A stretch of 64,000 nucleotides of DNA from Macrostomum lignano (Eukaryota): contig NIVC01000435.1 of assembly GCA_002269645.1 (NCBI GenBank), forward strand, positions 62,001-126,000, in the 5' to 3' direction. Positions within the stretch are counted from its first letter, which is position 1; every line of letters begins with the position of its first letter. Positions 49,101 to 60,548 of this stretch are shown piece by piece. The notes under the pieces are model-generated. The model saw nothing but the letters and a program-made list of their open reading frames with translations. It ran no database searches and was not told the origin of the DNA. The translations under genes were made by a program, and so were the position numbers.

Positions 49101-52100
49101 TGCAGGCGCAACTAGACGAAGGCAAAGCTGAAATCGAAGAGCTCAATCAGCTTCTGGATGAATATCGGGTATGTAGTTTTTATTTTTATTATGCCTAACA
49201 TGTAGCTTTAAACACTATTCTTCATTTTCTACCCGATCTTGCTACTTACAGCAGGAAGTTGCGTCTCTAAATGCCGAGAAAGCAGTCAACGGTCAGGCCA
49301 GCGCTCCGGTTCCCCTGGTAACAGCAAAAACAACTACTACTAATTTCCAGCAGCATCTGCAGCATCGCAGTACGGCTACGGATGCTGACACGGCCTCTTC
49401 ATCAACTCAACGCGGCGTCGGCGGCGGCTTAGACGTGGAAGCTGGCGGCTCGTTCTGGGAGAGCATCCGTCTGGGAGCTCAGAATCGACGCAGCCTCACT
49501 ATTGCCGGCTCAGTGCCCGCCTCAGCTTCAGCTGGTCCAACTAGCGGGGGCGGTGGCGGCAGCGTGTCTGCTCTGGTTGAAGGTCTCGGCGCTTTAAGCC
49601 TGCTTGGCTCTGCAGCGGAATTGCAACAACAGCAGCAGCAGCAGCAACAGTTGGTTGAAATGAGTGCCGAGGCGCGTCAGTGCTTGAATGCTAGCGGTAA
49701 ACGGTTCTATCATCTGTGCGTCACATCTCTGGCTAGTAGTGGCGGGGTTGCGGCACCCGAGAATGCTCCGGCTACCATTGAGGACGATGGCTGCGCAGTG
49801 ACAGAAGCGGCCGCTGCTACGACTAATGCTGGACAGATTAATTACGAATTGAGCATGTCCGAGTTGACTGGGCCAGGGCTGATGGAACAGGTGAGTTGAC
49901 TCTGTAAAGTTACTATATTTAACACCCAGTGAGCCCTTGATAATAAGCACTAGCTGCTATAAAAGAGAGAGTCCCTATTCTCTTCATCAACTGAGCGGAG
50001 GTTAGTAGTTTATTTACTGACAAGTAGGTTACTGACAGGTATCTAAGTGACAAGTAGGTTACTGACAAGTATCTAAATGACAAGTAGGTTACTGACAGGT
50101 TACAGGTAGGTTACTGACAAGTATCTAAATGACAAGTAGGTTACTGACAGGTTACAGGTAGGTTACTGACAAGTATCTAAATGACAAGTAGGTTACTGAC
50201 AGGTTACGGGTAGGTTACTGACAAGTATCTAAATGACAAGTAGGTTAATGACACGTAGGTTACTGACAAGTAGGTTACTGACAGGTAGGTTTCTGACAAT
50301 TAGGTTACTGACAGGTAGGTTACTGATAAGTATCTAAATGACAAGTAGGTTAATGATACGTAGGTTACTGACAGGTAGGTTTCTGACAATTAGGTTACTG
50401 ACAGGTAGGTTACTGATAAGTATGTGAAAGGCAAGTAGAAATTAATGTCACTTTATTTTTATAAGAGGAGTAAAATTTAACTGGGCTACTTTAAAGTAGT
50501 AGTAATAACATTTTTGTTAGTTTAAAGGACGGATATACGAGCCAATATTATTCTCACAGCTTTAACTTATCGCTTTGAACCATAAAAAGTGTGATAAAAA
50601 ATGCTATTGCTACTGTTTTTTTGGACCTCGTGGGAATACGTGCGTTTGTCTTCTTGGCTTGTGCTATAGTTATACTTAATTCCCAATTAATGATTTGCAT
50701 AATTCCATACATTTATTACTTCTTCATTGATACATGTAAGTGATAAGCTTTGCTATAAAATACTGAATTGTATTTTATTGCTTGTAGCTTTTATGGCTAA
50801 GTATTTCTGGGCGCCGGTTAATCTTAATAATCAGTTTTTGTCATGACTAGTCACTGCAACAACTGGTTTGTATAATCGTCTAGTACTCTAAAGTTTCTGT
50901 TTGTACTTTGAATTTGAATTTAACTTTCAAATTAGAATTGTTATATATATATATTACTGTGTATTATCTCCATGTAGGCACAGATGAGAGCTGACTGTCA
51001 ACTTAGCTGACTTCAGTTGCTAACCTATTTGACTCCAGTTACAACTTAGCTGACAACTTCGCTGACTCCAGTTGCAACTTACGAGTCAACTCGTAAGTCA
51101 ACTCGTAGCTGACCCCAGTTGCAACCTAGTTGACTCCAGTTGCAACCTAGTTGACTCCAGTTGCAACCTAGTTGACTCCAGTTGCAACCTAGTTGACTCC
51201 AGTTGCAACCTAGTTGACTCCAGTTGCAACCTAATTGACTCCAGTTGCAACCCTAGTTGACTCCAGTTGCAACCTACGAGTCAACTCGTAAGTCAACTCG
51301 TAGCTGACTCCAGTTGCAACCCTAGTTGACTCTAGTTGCAACTTAACTGACTCCTGTTGCAACCCTAGTTGCAACTTAGCTGACTCCAGTTGCAACCCTA
51401 GTTGCAACTTAGCTGACTCCAGTTGCAACCCTAGTTGCAACTTAGCTGACTCCAGTTGCAACCCTAGTTGACTCTAGTTGCAACTTAACTGACTCCTGTT
51501 GCAACCCTAGTTGCAGCTTAGCTGACTCCAGTTGCAACCTAATTGAGTCCAGTTACAACCCTAATTGACACCAGTTGCAGCTTAGCTGACTCCAGTTGCA
51601 ACCTAATTGACTTCAGTTGCAACCTAATTGACTCCAGTTGCAACTTAACTGACTCCTGTTGCAACCCTAGTTAACTCCAGTTGCAACTTAACTGACTCCT
51701 GTTGCAACCCTAGTTAACTCCAGTTGCAACTTAACTGACTCCTGTTGCAACCCTAGTTAACTCCAGTTGCAACTTAACTGACTCCTGTTGCAACCCTAGT
51801 TAACTCCAGTTGCAACTTTACTGACTCCTGTTGCAACCCTAGTTAACTCCAGTTGCAACTTAACTGACTCCTGTTGCAACCCTAGTTAACTCCAGTTGCA
51901 ACTTAACTGACTCCTGTTGCAACCCTAGTTAACCCCAGTTGCAACTTAGCTGGCTCTCTCTCAACAATAAGCCTGGCACTGTATTTGCACCCATCAACCC
52001 TAACGCAGGTGTCGCAGTTGCGCACCCATTCTCTGCCAATGTCGATGGACGCCGCGGCAGCGATGAGCGCCGCCGAGCTCGGCCAGTTGAAAGGCGTCTT

Positions 52101-55100
52101 CGACCGGCTGCTCGGTCAGCTGCGCGGCGCCGAGGCCGGTCTCCAGGCCGCTCTGTCCACTACGCTAGGCAATGTGTCCGCTCTGCTAGGCTCGGCTACC
52201 GCTTTCGCTAACAATACTACTATGAACAATACTAATCATAGGATGTCTTCAATTCGACCCTGCGGCGCTAATCAGGAAGACGATTCGTTTGCTCTGGGTA
52301 ACAACCAGTACAATCGCGACGTGTCTCTGCTATCTGCCCAGCTGATGCAGCCGCCTGGTACGCCCGGCCTACGCTCGATGGAAGAAGAGAACGCGTTGGC
52401 TATGCGCAATCTGCAGGATCACGTGGCCGAGGTTAAACAGGCGCTCACTGGCTTTGGAAGGATTGGCTGCATGCTCGAAGCGCTGCTGGCTGGGGCTGGT
52501 GGGTACAAATTTGAGTAAAATTCTTATTTATTGTCTAATAAATGCCTCAATCTCCTCACAATCTGCTTCACCTGAGCCTTAACTCCTTTAACTAACTAAA
52601 TGTCCTTCTAACATCCCAAATCTCATTTCTTTAATCTTTTAGTCCCTTCTCAGAATCCCTAATCCCAAGTGACTTCAATTATTCCAAAATCTCCTCCCCG
52701 TATTCAAAGATCTCTTTCCTCTAATCCCAAGTCCTTTAATCTAATCCTAAAGTCACCCACTCTAATCCCCAACTTTCCTTCCCCGCTAATAGGGAATGTT
52801 TCTTAGTTTTAATAATTCTGGCCCTTTTCAAAACCAGCCTCCCCGCTGCATCAATCGATTTCCTGATCCTATTTCCTTACACAGTTGCCGAGGCATCCAA
52901 CTGCAGCTTCAATCTAGACGATCAGCAGCAAGCATCGGCTAGCGAGCATCATCTGTCCCAGCCTCATCAACAGCAGCAGCAGCAGCATCAACGCCATAAC
53001 CGCCATCAGCATCATCACCTGCTAGACACCGACGCCGACGAATGGGCCACGCCGCCGTCGCCTCCGCCAACGACAACGGCGCCCAAGCCACCGCAGCCAC
53101 CTGGCGTATCGGTGACTTCCACCTTGACAGACGTGACCACCTGTCCTGGCAGCAGTTTAATGACTGGCGAAGTCGCTGAAGGTACCGCCAACGCCGCCTC
53201 TGCCTCCACCGCTGCTGACGCTGAAACCGAAGCAGAAGCGGCCACTAATTCGCCTCCAAGCCTTCGTCTAGACGATCTGATGCACCTAGCGAAAAAGCCG
53301 CCCGGCCCGTCCGCGTCGTTGTCCATTTCAACATCGCGTTCGTCGGCTGAGTCCTCGACTAGGGCTGTTGCTGTTGAAGCCCAGACCGACTGCCATTACG
53401 ATGAACAAGCGATGGCTGCTAGGTAGGTTTTAATAAGGCAACTGTGCCAACAGCACAGATGCATGTAACTTTGTGGCACAATTGGCAGAGTTTAGTGTGC
53501 TAAATCGAGTGTCCTTTTCCTTTTGCCCCAGATGCCGCACCCTGGAAGCCATTTGGCGCAAACGATCTTCAAGTGTCCTTTCCCATTTGCCTCAGATGCC
53601 GCACCCTGGAAGCCATTTGGCGCAAACGACCTTCAAGTGTCCTTTCCCTTTTGCCCCAGATGCCGCACCCTGGAAGCCATTTGGCGCAAACGACCTTCAG
53701 GTGTCCTTTCCCATTTGCCCCAGATGCCGCACCCTGGAAGCCATTTGGCGCAAACGACCTTCAGGTGTCCTTTCCCATTTGCCCCAGATGCCGCACCCTG
53801 GAAGCCATTTGGCGCAAACGACCTTCAGGTGTCCTTTCCCATTTGCCCCAGATGCCGCACCCTGGAAGCCATTTGGCGCAAACGACCTTCAGGTGTCCTT
53901 TCCCTTTTGCCCCAGATGCTGCACCCTGGAAGCCATTTGGCGTAAACGACCTTCAAGTGTCCTTTCCCTTTTGCCCCAGATGCCGCACCCTGGAAGCCGA
54001 ACTGGCCGCCGCTATAAGCCGAGCCGATCACCTCCAATCGGAGCTGTCAGCCGCTCTAGCCGACACCGAGCAGGCCCAGGATGAAGCCAAGAATCTGGCC
54101 GCCAATTGTGATCAGCTGCGCGATCAGATGGCCGAATTAGCCGAGGAGGGCGCCGAGCTCAAGGCCAAGTTGGCTTTGGCTAGTCAAACTGCCGATTCAA
54201 AATCCGACGACTCGGTTTATAAAGAATTCGAAGCCGCTCTAGTTGAGAAATCTGCTCAGTTAGCCGGACTAGAGGCTGAGCTGGAGTTCACCAAGGCTGC
54301 TCAGTTGGATTCTGAGAAAAGGGAGGCCGAATTGAATGCTCTACTGGAGTCGGTTAGAGCTGAGTTGGAACCTGCTGCAGCACAGTTGAGTGAGAAAGCT
54401 GCTGAGTTGGATGCCGCAAAGGCTGAATTAGAATCTTCAATTTCCAAACTCGAACTTGTCGAAGCTAATCTAGCTGAGAAGTCTACTCGGCTTGAGTCCG
54501 CCGAGTCTGAGCTCGAATTGGCTAAATCCAATATCGAACAGTTGGAAACCGATCTAGTTGAGACTGCGAATCAACTCGAAACCGCCGAGTCTGAGCTGGA
54601 ATCCGCTAAGTCCAATATCGAACAGCTCGAAGTTAACCTTAACGAAAAAGCTACTCAACTTGAGTCCACTGAAACCGAATTGAAATCGGCTAAATCAAAT
54701 CTTGAACAGATGGAAGCTGAAATAGTTGACAAAACTTCTCAACTTGAGCAAGCTGAATCCGAATTAGAATCAGCTAAATCCGGTATGGAACAGTTGAAAT
54801 CCGAACTCGTTGACAAGACTGCTGAACTCGAGTCCGCCGAGTTGCAGTTGAATTCCGCTAAATCCAGCATTGAACAGTTCGAAACTAGCCTAATTGAGAA
54901 GACTGCTCAACTAGAGACAGCAGAATCCGAGCTAGAATCGCTCAAGGCCACCGTCGATAAATTAGAAGCCGAGTTAGTTGATAAACAGACTCAGCTTGAG
55001 TCGGCCGAGTCTGAGCTGCAGTTGGCCAATTCGAATGTCGAACAGTTGGAAGCCAACCTAGTTGAGAAGGCTGCTCAGTTTGAGTCTTCCAGATCTGAGC

Positions 55101-58100
55101 TGCAGTCGGCTAAGTCAAATATCGAACAATTAGAAGCTGAACTGGCTGCTAAGACTGCTCAACTTGAGACTGCCGAATCTGAGTTAGAGTCCGCCAAAGC
55201 TAATTATGAACAGTTGGACTCGAACATGATTGAGAAGACTGCTCAACTTGAGTCGGTCGAGTCCGAGTTGAAGTTGGCTAAATCCAATATTAAACAGCTT
55301 GAAGCAAATCTGCTAAAGAAGACTGTTCAGCTGAAATCCACCGAGGCTGAGCTGAGCGAATTGCGCGAACAGTACGGCGTTGCACAGGTACTGGCAGATA
55401 GATTTTGCACTGCAGTAGCGAGATGTAGCCTCTTCTATAAATAGTGCATAGATATTGTCCTACAGTCAATAAGATATTGTCCTACAGTAGATGTTGTCCT
55501 ACAGTAGATAGATATTGTCCTACAGTAGATAGGTATTGTCCTACAGTAGATAAATATTTTCTACGGTAGATAGATATTATCCTACAGTAGATAGGTATTG
55601 TCCTACAGTAGATATTGTCCTACAGTAGATAGATATTGTCCTACAGTAGATAGATATTGTCCTACAGTAGATAGATATTGTCCTACAGTAGATAGATATT
55701 GTCCTACAGTAGATAGATATTGTCCTACAGTAGATAAATATTGTCCTACAGTAGATATTGTCCTACAGTAGATAGATATTGTCCTACAGTAGATAGATAT
55801 TGTCCTACAGTAGATAGATATTGTCCTACAGTAGATAGATATTGTCCTACAGTAGATAAATATTGTCCTACAGTAGATATTGTCCTACAGTAGATAGATA
55901 TTGTCCTACAGTAGATAGATATTGTCCTACAGTAGATAGATATTGTCCTACAGTAGATAGATATTGTCCTACAGTAGATAAATATTTTCTACGGTTGATA
56001 GATATTGTCCTACGACATATACACATGTCTAACGAGCAGATAGATACTATCCTGCAGTAGAAACGCATACACAGTAGCCAGTACAGCACGTAGACACGTA
56101 CTCTGGTAAGCATTCAGCCAGCGTGTAACGCCCTTACCCTCCGCTCGCACCCGCAGCAGGACCAGGAGCATCAGAAGCGTCAAAGTCACGCCGCCGAGAT
56201 GGCCGAAGTGCTGACCAGCTATCGCGAGCTCACTAGCAAGTGCGAGCGGGCCGTCAGCCTCAGCGTGGAGCTGCAGAACCGGGCAGAGGAGCTGCGGGCC
56301 AAGCTGAACTCGCGGACTAAGTGAGTTAATATGCGTGTCTTGGAATTGGTTGCTCTGGGTCCTTTCACATCTTTAGTTTCTGGGCCATTCTCCCAGATCC
56401 TCAGTTGCTGGGCTGCCAGCCTCCCAGATCCTCAGTCTCTGGGCCAGCCTCCCAAATCCTCAGTTGCTGAGCCAGCCTCCCAAATCCTCAGTTGCTGGGC
56501 CAGCCTCCCAGATCCTCAGTTGCTGAGCCAGCCTCCCAGATCCTCAGTTGCTGAGCCAGCCTCCCACATCCTCGGTTGCTGAGCCAGCCTCCCAGATCCT
56601 CAGTTGCTGAGCCAGCCTCCCAGATCCTCAGTTGCTGAGCCAGCCTCCCAGATCCTCAGTTGCTGATCCATTCTCCCAGATCCTCAGTTGCTGAGCCAGC
56701 CTCCCAGATCCTCAGTTGTTGAGCCAGCCTCCCACATCCTCGGTTGCTGAGCCATTCTCCCAGATCCTCAGTCGCTGGGCCAGCCTCCCAAATCCTCAGT
56801 TGCTTGGCCATTTTCCCTGATCCTCAGTTGCTGGGCCACAGCCACCGTTCCAGACCTTCAGATTTTAGAATGCTGATTTGAATTTGTAATGAAATGGAAC
56901 ACACTAATAAAACTCTTTTACTCAAAAATCTATAATAACCCACCGACAGGCGACTTGAATCCGTTCAGAAGTCCAACAGTCAGTTGAAGGCTATGTTAAA
57001 GAAAAGTGACGACACCTGCAATCAGCTGAGTCTGGAGCTCAAAGCGTAAGTGTATAACATTTGTTAAATATTTAAGTTATTTTTCTTAGAAACAGCTTTT
57101 CTTAGAATCAAGTCTCATAATGCGTCATCCCTATTTTGTTTCCCAGCACCAAGCTTGAAATCGAGGACAAGACGGCCCTGACGGAGAAGCTTCTGCGCTA
57201 CATCTCTCGTCTAGGCGCACCGCATCCCGCCGGCACCGGCGCCGCCGCCAACGCCGCCGCAGGCGCCGATTTCGACCCCGACGAGCTCGAAGGTTCATTG
57301 TCGACCAACGCGTCGTCTTCATCGACTTCAACTGCCACGGGCGCCAGCAGTTCCGGCACTCCCCTAGAAGCGGCCAGAGCTTGCAGTCCGAGTCCTGCCG
57401 TCTGCGGCGATTCCGCCTCCGCCGCTGCCGCTGCCGCCGCTGCCGCTGCTTGGCCCGAGGTGATCCAGGCCGAGATCACGCTGCACGATGCCCTGGCCCG
57501 CGTGTCCAACTGCGGCGCGATTGGCGGCCTGAGCGCCTCGGCCAATGCCAACACCGGATGCGGCGACGGGGGGCCATTAGCTTTGGCGCGCGAATTGCGA
57601 CGCGCACTACGCGATCTGCGCCATCTACGCTCGCGCCTATCGCAATCCTTGGCCGAATCGCGTCGCTTAGCTGGCCAGCTGGCCAACGTTGACGGTCGAG
57701 CGGACGAATTGGCCAGTCTGCGTCGGACGGCCGACGAGCTGCGCAAAGAGAATAACGAGCTCAAAGCTGTTGCTAAGGACAACAACAATTCTAGTGAGCA
57801 GTTTGTCTTATGTTGCTTGTTGTAGGTAGAATTTGTCATTGTCGTAGCGGTAAACCGCCTCATTATTCTTGTTTAACAATCATTCCTCGAAGAGTAGAAA
57901 ATGGCGATACAAACTTTGATAATCACCCCATGAAATTACCTTCAATCCTTCAGAAATCGCCTTACGAATCTTAAAAATCGCCCTGGGAAATCGCTTCACC
58001 AATTTTAAGAATCGCCTTAGGAAATCGCTCTACCAACATGAGAATCGCCCTGGGGAATCGCTCTACTAGCATAAGAATCGCCCTAAGAAATCGCTCTAAG

Positions 58101-58778
58101 AAATCTCTTCTGAGAAGTGAATGGTCACTAAATACCTATCAAATAAATTCCTTCGCTAACTCATGACCTTCAATGTCCTTTAATGTCGCAACTCGACTTC
58201 CTCTTTCACTTGCAGACGTCGCTGCTGCCGCCGCCGCCGCTGAGCAGCTACCGGCCCGTCTCTCCGCTGGGCCTCAACGCGCCGTCTGCCGTCTCGACCG
58301 CCTCGAACTGCTGCGCCTCGAAGTTTCCGAATGTCGCCGCGCCGTCGATCAGGCCGTCGTCTTGACAACAAGCACCGACGCCAATAACGAGGTCAACAAT
58401 AGACGTCAGCTGCGTCGCGAGTTGTCCTCGGCCGCCAGGTGCGCCGCCGCCGCCGTCGCCATTCTGGCTACCGACTTTGTCGACTACGACGACAACGAAA
58501 ACAACAAAATTGGCGACGCTGACGTCGACGGCGCCGAGTCTGTCGAAATTGGACGCCGACTCGAAGCTGCCAAAGCCGAGTCCGATTGTCTTCGACAGCG
58601 CGCCGTCGACGCTCAGAGTCGCCTGCCGCAGTCGGCGCCGCCGCCAGACGAGGACGCCGGCTGGCTGTCGTCGCTTGGCGAATTCTCCGATCGGTTGAGC
58701 ACGACAGAGACTCTGCTGGCCACTGCTAAACAGCGACTTTTGCGGGCCGAACGCCAGCAGCACAATGCATCGCTTTGA
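46157..58778 (+). CDS. Long coiled-coil protein with N-terminal CM1 motif (centrosomin/CDK5RAP2/myomegalin-like), ~1799 aa; join(46157..46214,46302..46366,46461..46568,47044..47595,49097..49168,49252..49890,52009..52498,52885..53422,53980..55387,56157..56320,56950..57045,57147..57793,58216..58778)
   Basis: 13 exons with consistent phases, total 5400 nt. KMTKLVQENFDLRLHCYHLKEKL resembles CM1 (ELKKENFNLKLRIYFLEE). RVESLTRELEVKRRLLTEGSEAL resembles the following VESLKRELQEREQLLIKASKA helix of CDK5RAP2. No CM2 recognised. Confidence 0.75.
46730..47085 (+). repeat. 76-bp tandem copies of the exon-4 acceptor and exon start
   Basis: AG|AC(T/C)CGC...GCCTACTTAGAAT at 46891, 46967 and 47043 (period 76); more decayed copies at ~46735 and ~46826. 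Confidence 0.85.
47760..48990. repeat. ~35-bp minisatellite (GATCTGATGCTCAAATGGGATTATCTACTATCTGA) in intron 4
   Basis: Period 32-36. Confidence 0.97.
50010..50430. repeat. 15-bp-based minisatellite (GTAGGTTACTGACA[A/G]) in intron 6
   Basis: Period 15/30 (50281/50311), with interspersed GTATCTAAAT variants. Confidence 0.9.
50985..51950. repeat. 21-bp minisatellite (TGACTCCAGTTGCAACCTAGT) evolving into a 43-bp dimer, in intron 6
   Basis: Period 21 (51121/51142); dimeric unit after ~51640. Confidence 0.95.
53500..53998 (+). repeat. 64-bp tandem repeat containing the exon-9 splice acceptor, 8 acceptor copies
   Basis: TTTGCC(C/T)CAG|ATGC(C/T)GCACCCTGGAAGCC with exon starts at 53532, 53596, 53660, 53724, 53788, 53852, 53916 and 53980. 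Confidence 0.97.
54440..55350 (+). repeat. Coding 84-bp (28-aa, four-heptad) repeat, ~11 copies
   Basis: Consensus about IEQLEANLVEKTAQLESAESELESAKSN in exon 9. Confidence 0.9.
55454..55995. repeat. 21-bp minisatellite (GATAGATATTGTCCTACAGTA) in intron 9
   Basis: Period 21 (55621/55642), with some 17-bp variants. Confidence 0.97.
56390..56830. repeat. 28-bp minisatellite (AGCCTCCCAGATCCTCAGTTGCTGAGCC) in intron 10
   Basis: Period 28 (56581/56609). Confidence 0.95.
57950..58110. repeat. Degenerate (G/A)AATCGC-based repeat in intron 12
   Basis: AATCGC recurs about 8 times. Confidence 0.6.
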
Positions 58779-58879
58779 ATTGGCGAAACTCGTTATTTAT
58801 GACTATTAATATATACTTGCTAATAGTTTGTAACTTGCAACAGCTTACTGCGTACTTTACTGATCATATATACTCATAT

Positions 58880-59330
58880 ATATTGACTCCCTAGTCCAAA
58901 CAAAGACTCAACTTGACTCCCAAGTCCCAACAAAGACCCAACTTGACTCCCAAGTGCCAACAAAGACCCAAATCGAGTTCCAAGTCTCAACAAAGACCCA
59001 ACTCGATTCCCAAGTACCAACAAAGACCCAACTTGACTCCCAAGTGCCAACAAAGACCCAAATCGACTTCCAAGTCCCAACAAAGACCCAACTCGACTCC
59101 CAAGTCCCAACAAAGACCCAACTCGACCCTCTTAAGTCCCAACAACGACCCAACTCGACTCCCAAATCCCAACAAAGACCCAACTCGACTCCCAAGTCCC
59201 AACAAAGACCCAACTCGACTCCCAAATCCCAACAAAGACCCAACTCGACTCCCAAGTCCCAACAAAGACCCAACTCGACCCTCTTAAGTCCCAACAACGA
59301 CCCAACTTGACTCCCAAGCCTCAACAAAGG
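58880..59330. repeat. 30-bp minisatellite (CCCAAGTCCCAACAAAGACCCAACTCGACT)
   Basis: Period 30 (59161/59191), just 3' of the stop codon. Confidence 0.95.
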
Positions 59331-59973
59331 CTTAATTGACCCCTACCAAAGAGCCTAAATGATCCCTAATTAAGACCTAATTAATTATTGTTGTAATTTA
59401 ATTGCTCAATTGCAAGCCTACAAGGCCAATGCCAAATTCACCAGTAAATAAATCTCTAATTTTAACTTCTACTGCTCTATTTCAGCTGCTAAACTCGCAC
59501 AAGCATTTTTATTTATACCATAATTAATATTATACTTATTTTTGTATCGTGATTGTTGGTAACCCATTGCACTTTTGTCAATTTTATACGAATTATACAA
59601 ACGTCAAAATGGCTCTTTTATACGACTTTATTTGCGCTCGCATTAAACTTCTTACTTTTTAGTTACCAGAAAATGCATCTTACGCTCAACTATTGCAATT
59701 TATTTTTGTTTAACACCTGCTTTTCTATATCCAATTTTTCGGCGTACTTTTTGTTTCTACCTACAATATGTGCCGCAATAATTAAACAATAAAATAATTC
59801 CTTTCGGGCTGAAATAAGTCTTTACGCTTTGTCGGGTTCTAACCATAAACTTTGGTTTTTCTAGTCTTAATTCTTTAATTTTGTTTCAATTAAAGTTTTG
59901 TATAAATAACATTTTAAACTTAGCAATTAGAAATATCAAACAAAAGTGCAACGTTCATAAGAATGTGTCGGAG

Positions 59974-60432
59974 TAGGGATGCCAATTCCCCGGACTTTTA
60001 AAAATCCCTGGGAGACTGGGAATTTCCGGCTTTTCCCTGGGGTCCCCGGGGACAGTTTAAAGGAAGTGCTTAAAAGACTAAAACCGCAAATGTGGTAAAA
60101 AATGTACTTTTGCTACGTTTTTTCGCATTTTTACATATCATACATTAATACCTTTATCTGTATGTACTAAAGAACGTCTGATATACTAAAATACTAGTTC
60201 ATTTTGTTTAAAATATACTTTTTCATTGCGGATTTATGTCTTATGATTTATATGATTTATATCTGTAAAACAGATCTACTAAAATTCTTTCATTCATATA
60301 TTTAGTTTTACTAATACTAAGAAGTTTGAAAAAAAATTCTATCCTGGGATCCCCAGACAAAACCCCGGGGACAAAACCCCGGACCTTCATTCGGGGTCCG
60401 CGGGGGGGGGCTCCCCTGGGTTGGCATCCCTA
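59974..60432. mobile_element. hAT-type MITE
   Basis: Perfect 12-bp TIR TAGGGATGCCAA; TSD tgtcggag/tgccggag (7/8); CCCCGGG subterminal motifs. Confidence 0.85.
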
Positions 60433-60548
60433 TGCCGGAGTAAAAAGTCCCAGAATTCTTGATGTTCTTTCGCTTCCGTGAAGTAGTAAAATCTAAAGTA
60501 CTTTTGAGTTTTTACTCAATGTAAAGTTCATAATTTCGTATTTATGAG

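Noticed and set aside
57198-58763. Antisense ORFs opposite GC-rich exons (also 47166-47585, 53015-53326)
   Set aside because: Shadow ORFs expected from high-GC coding sequence; no independent homology or splice support.
58874-59327. ORFs such as LGLGSRVGSL / TPKSQQRPNS
   Set aside because: Translations of the 30-bp minisatellite downstream of the stop codon.
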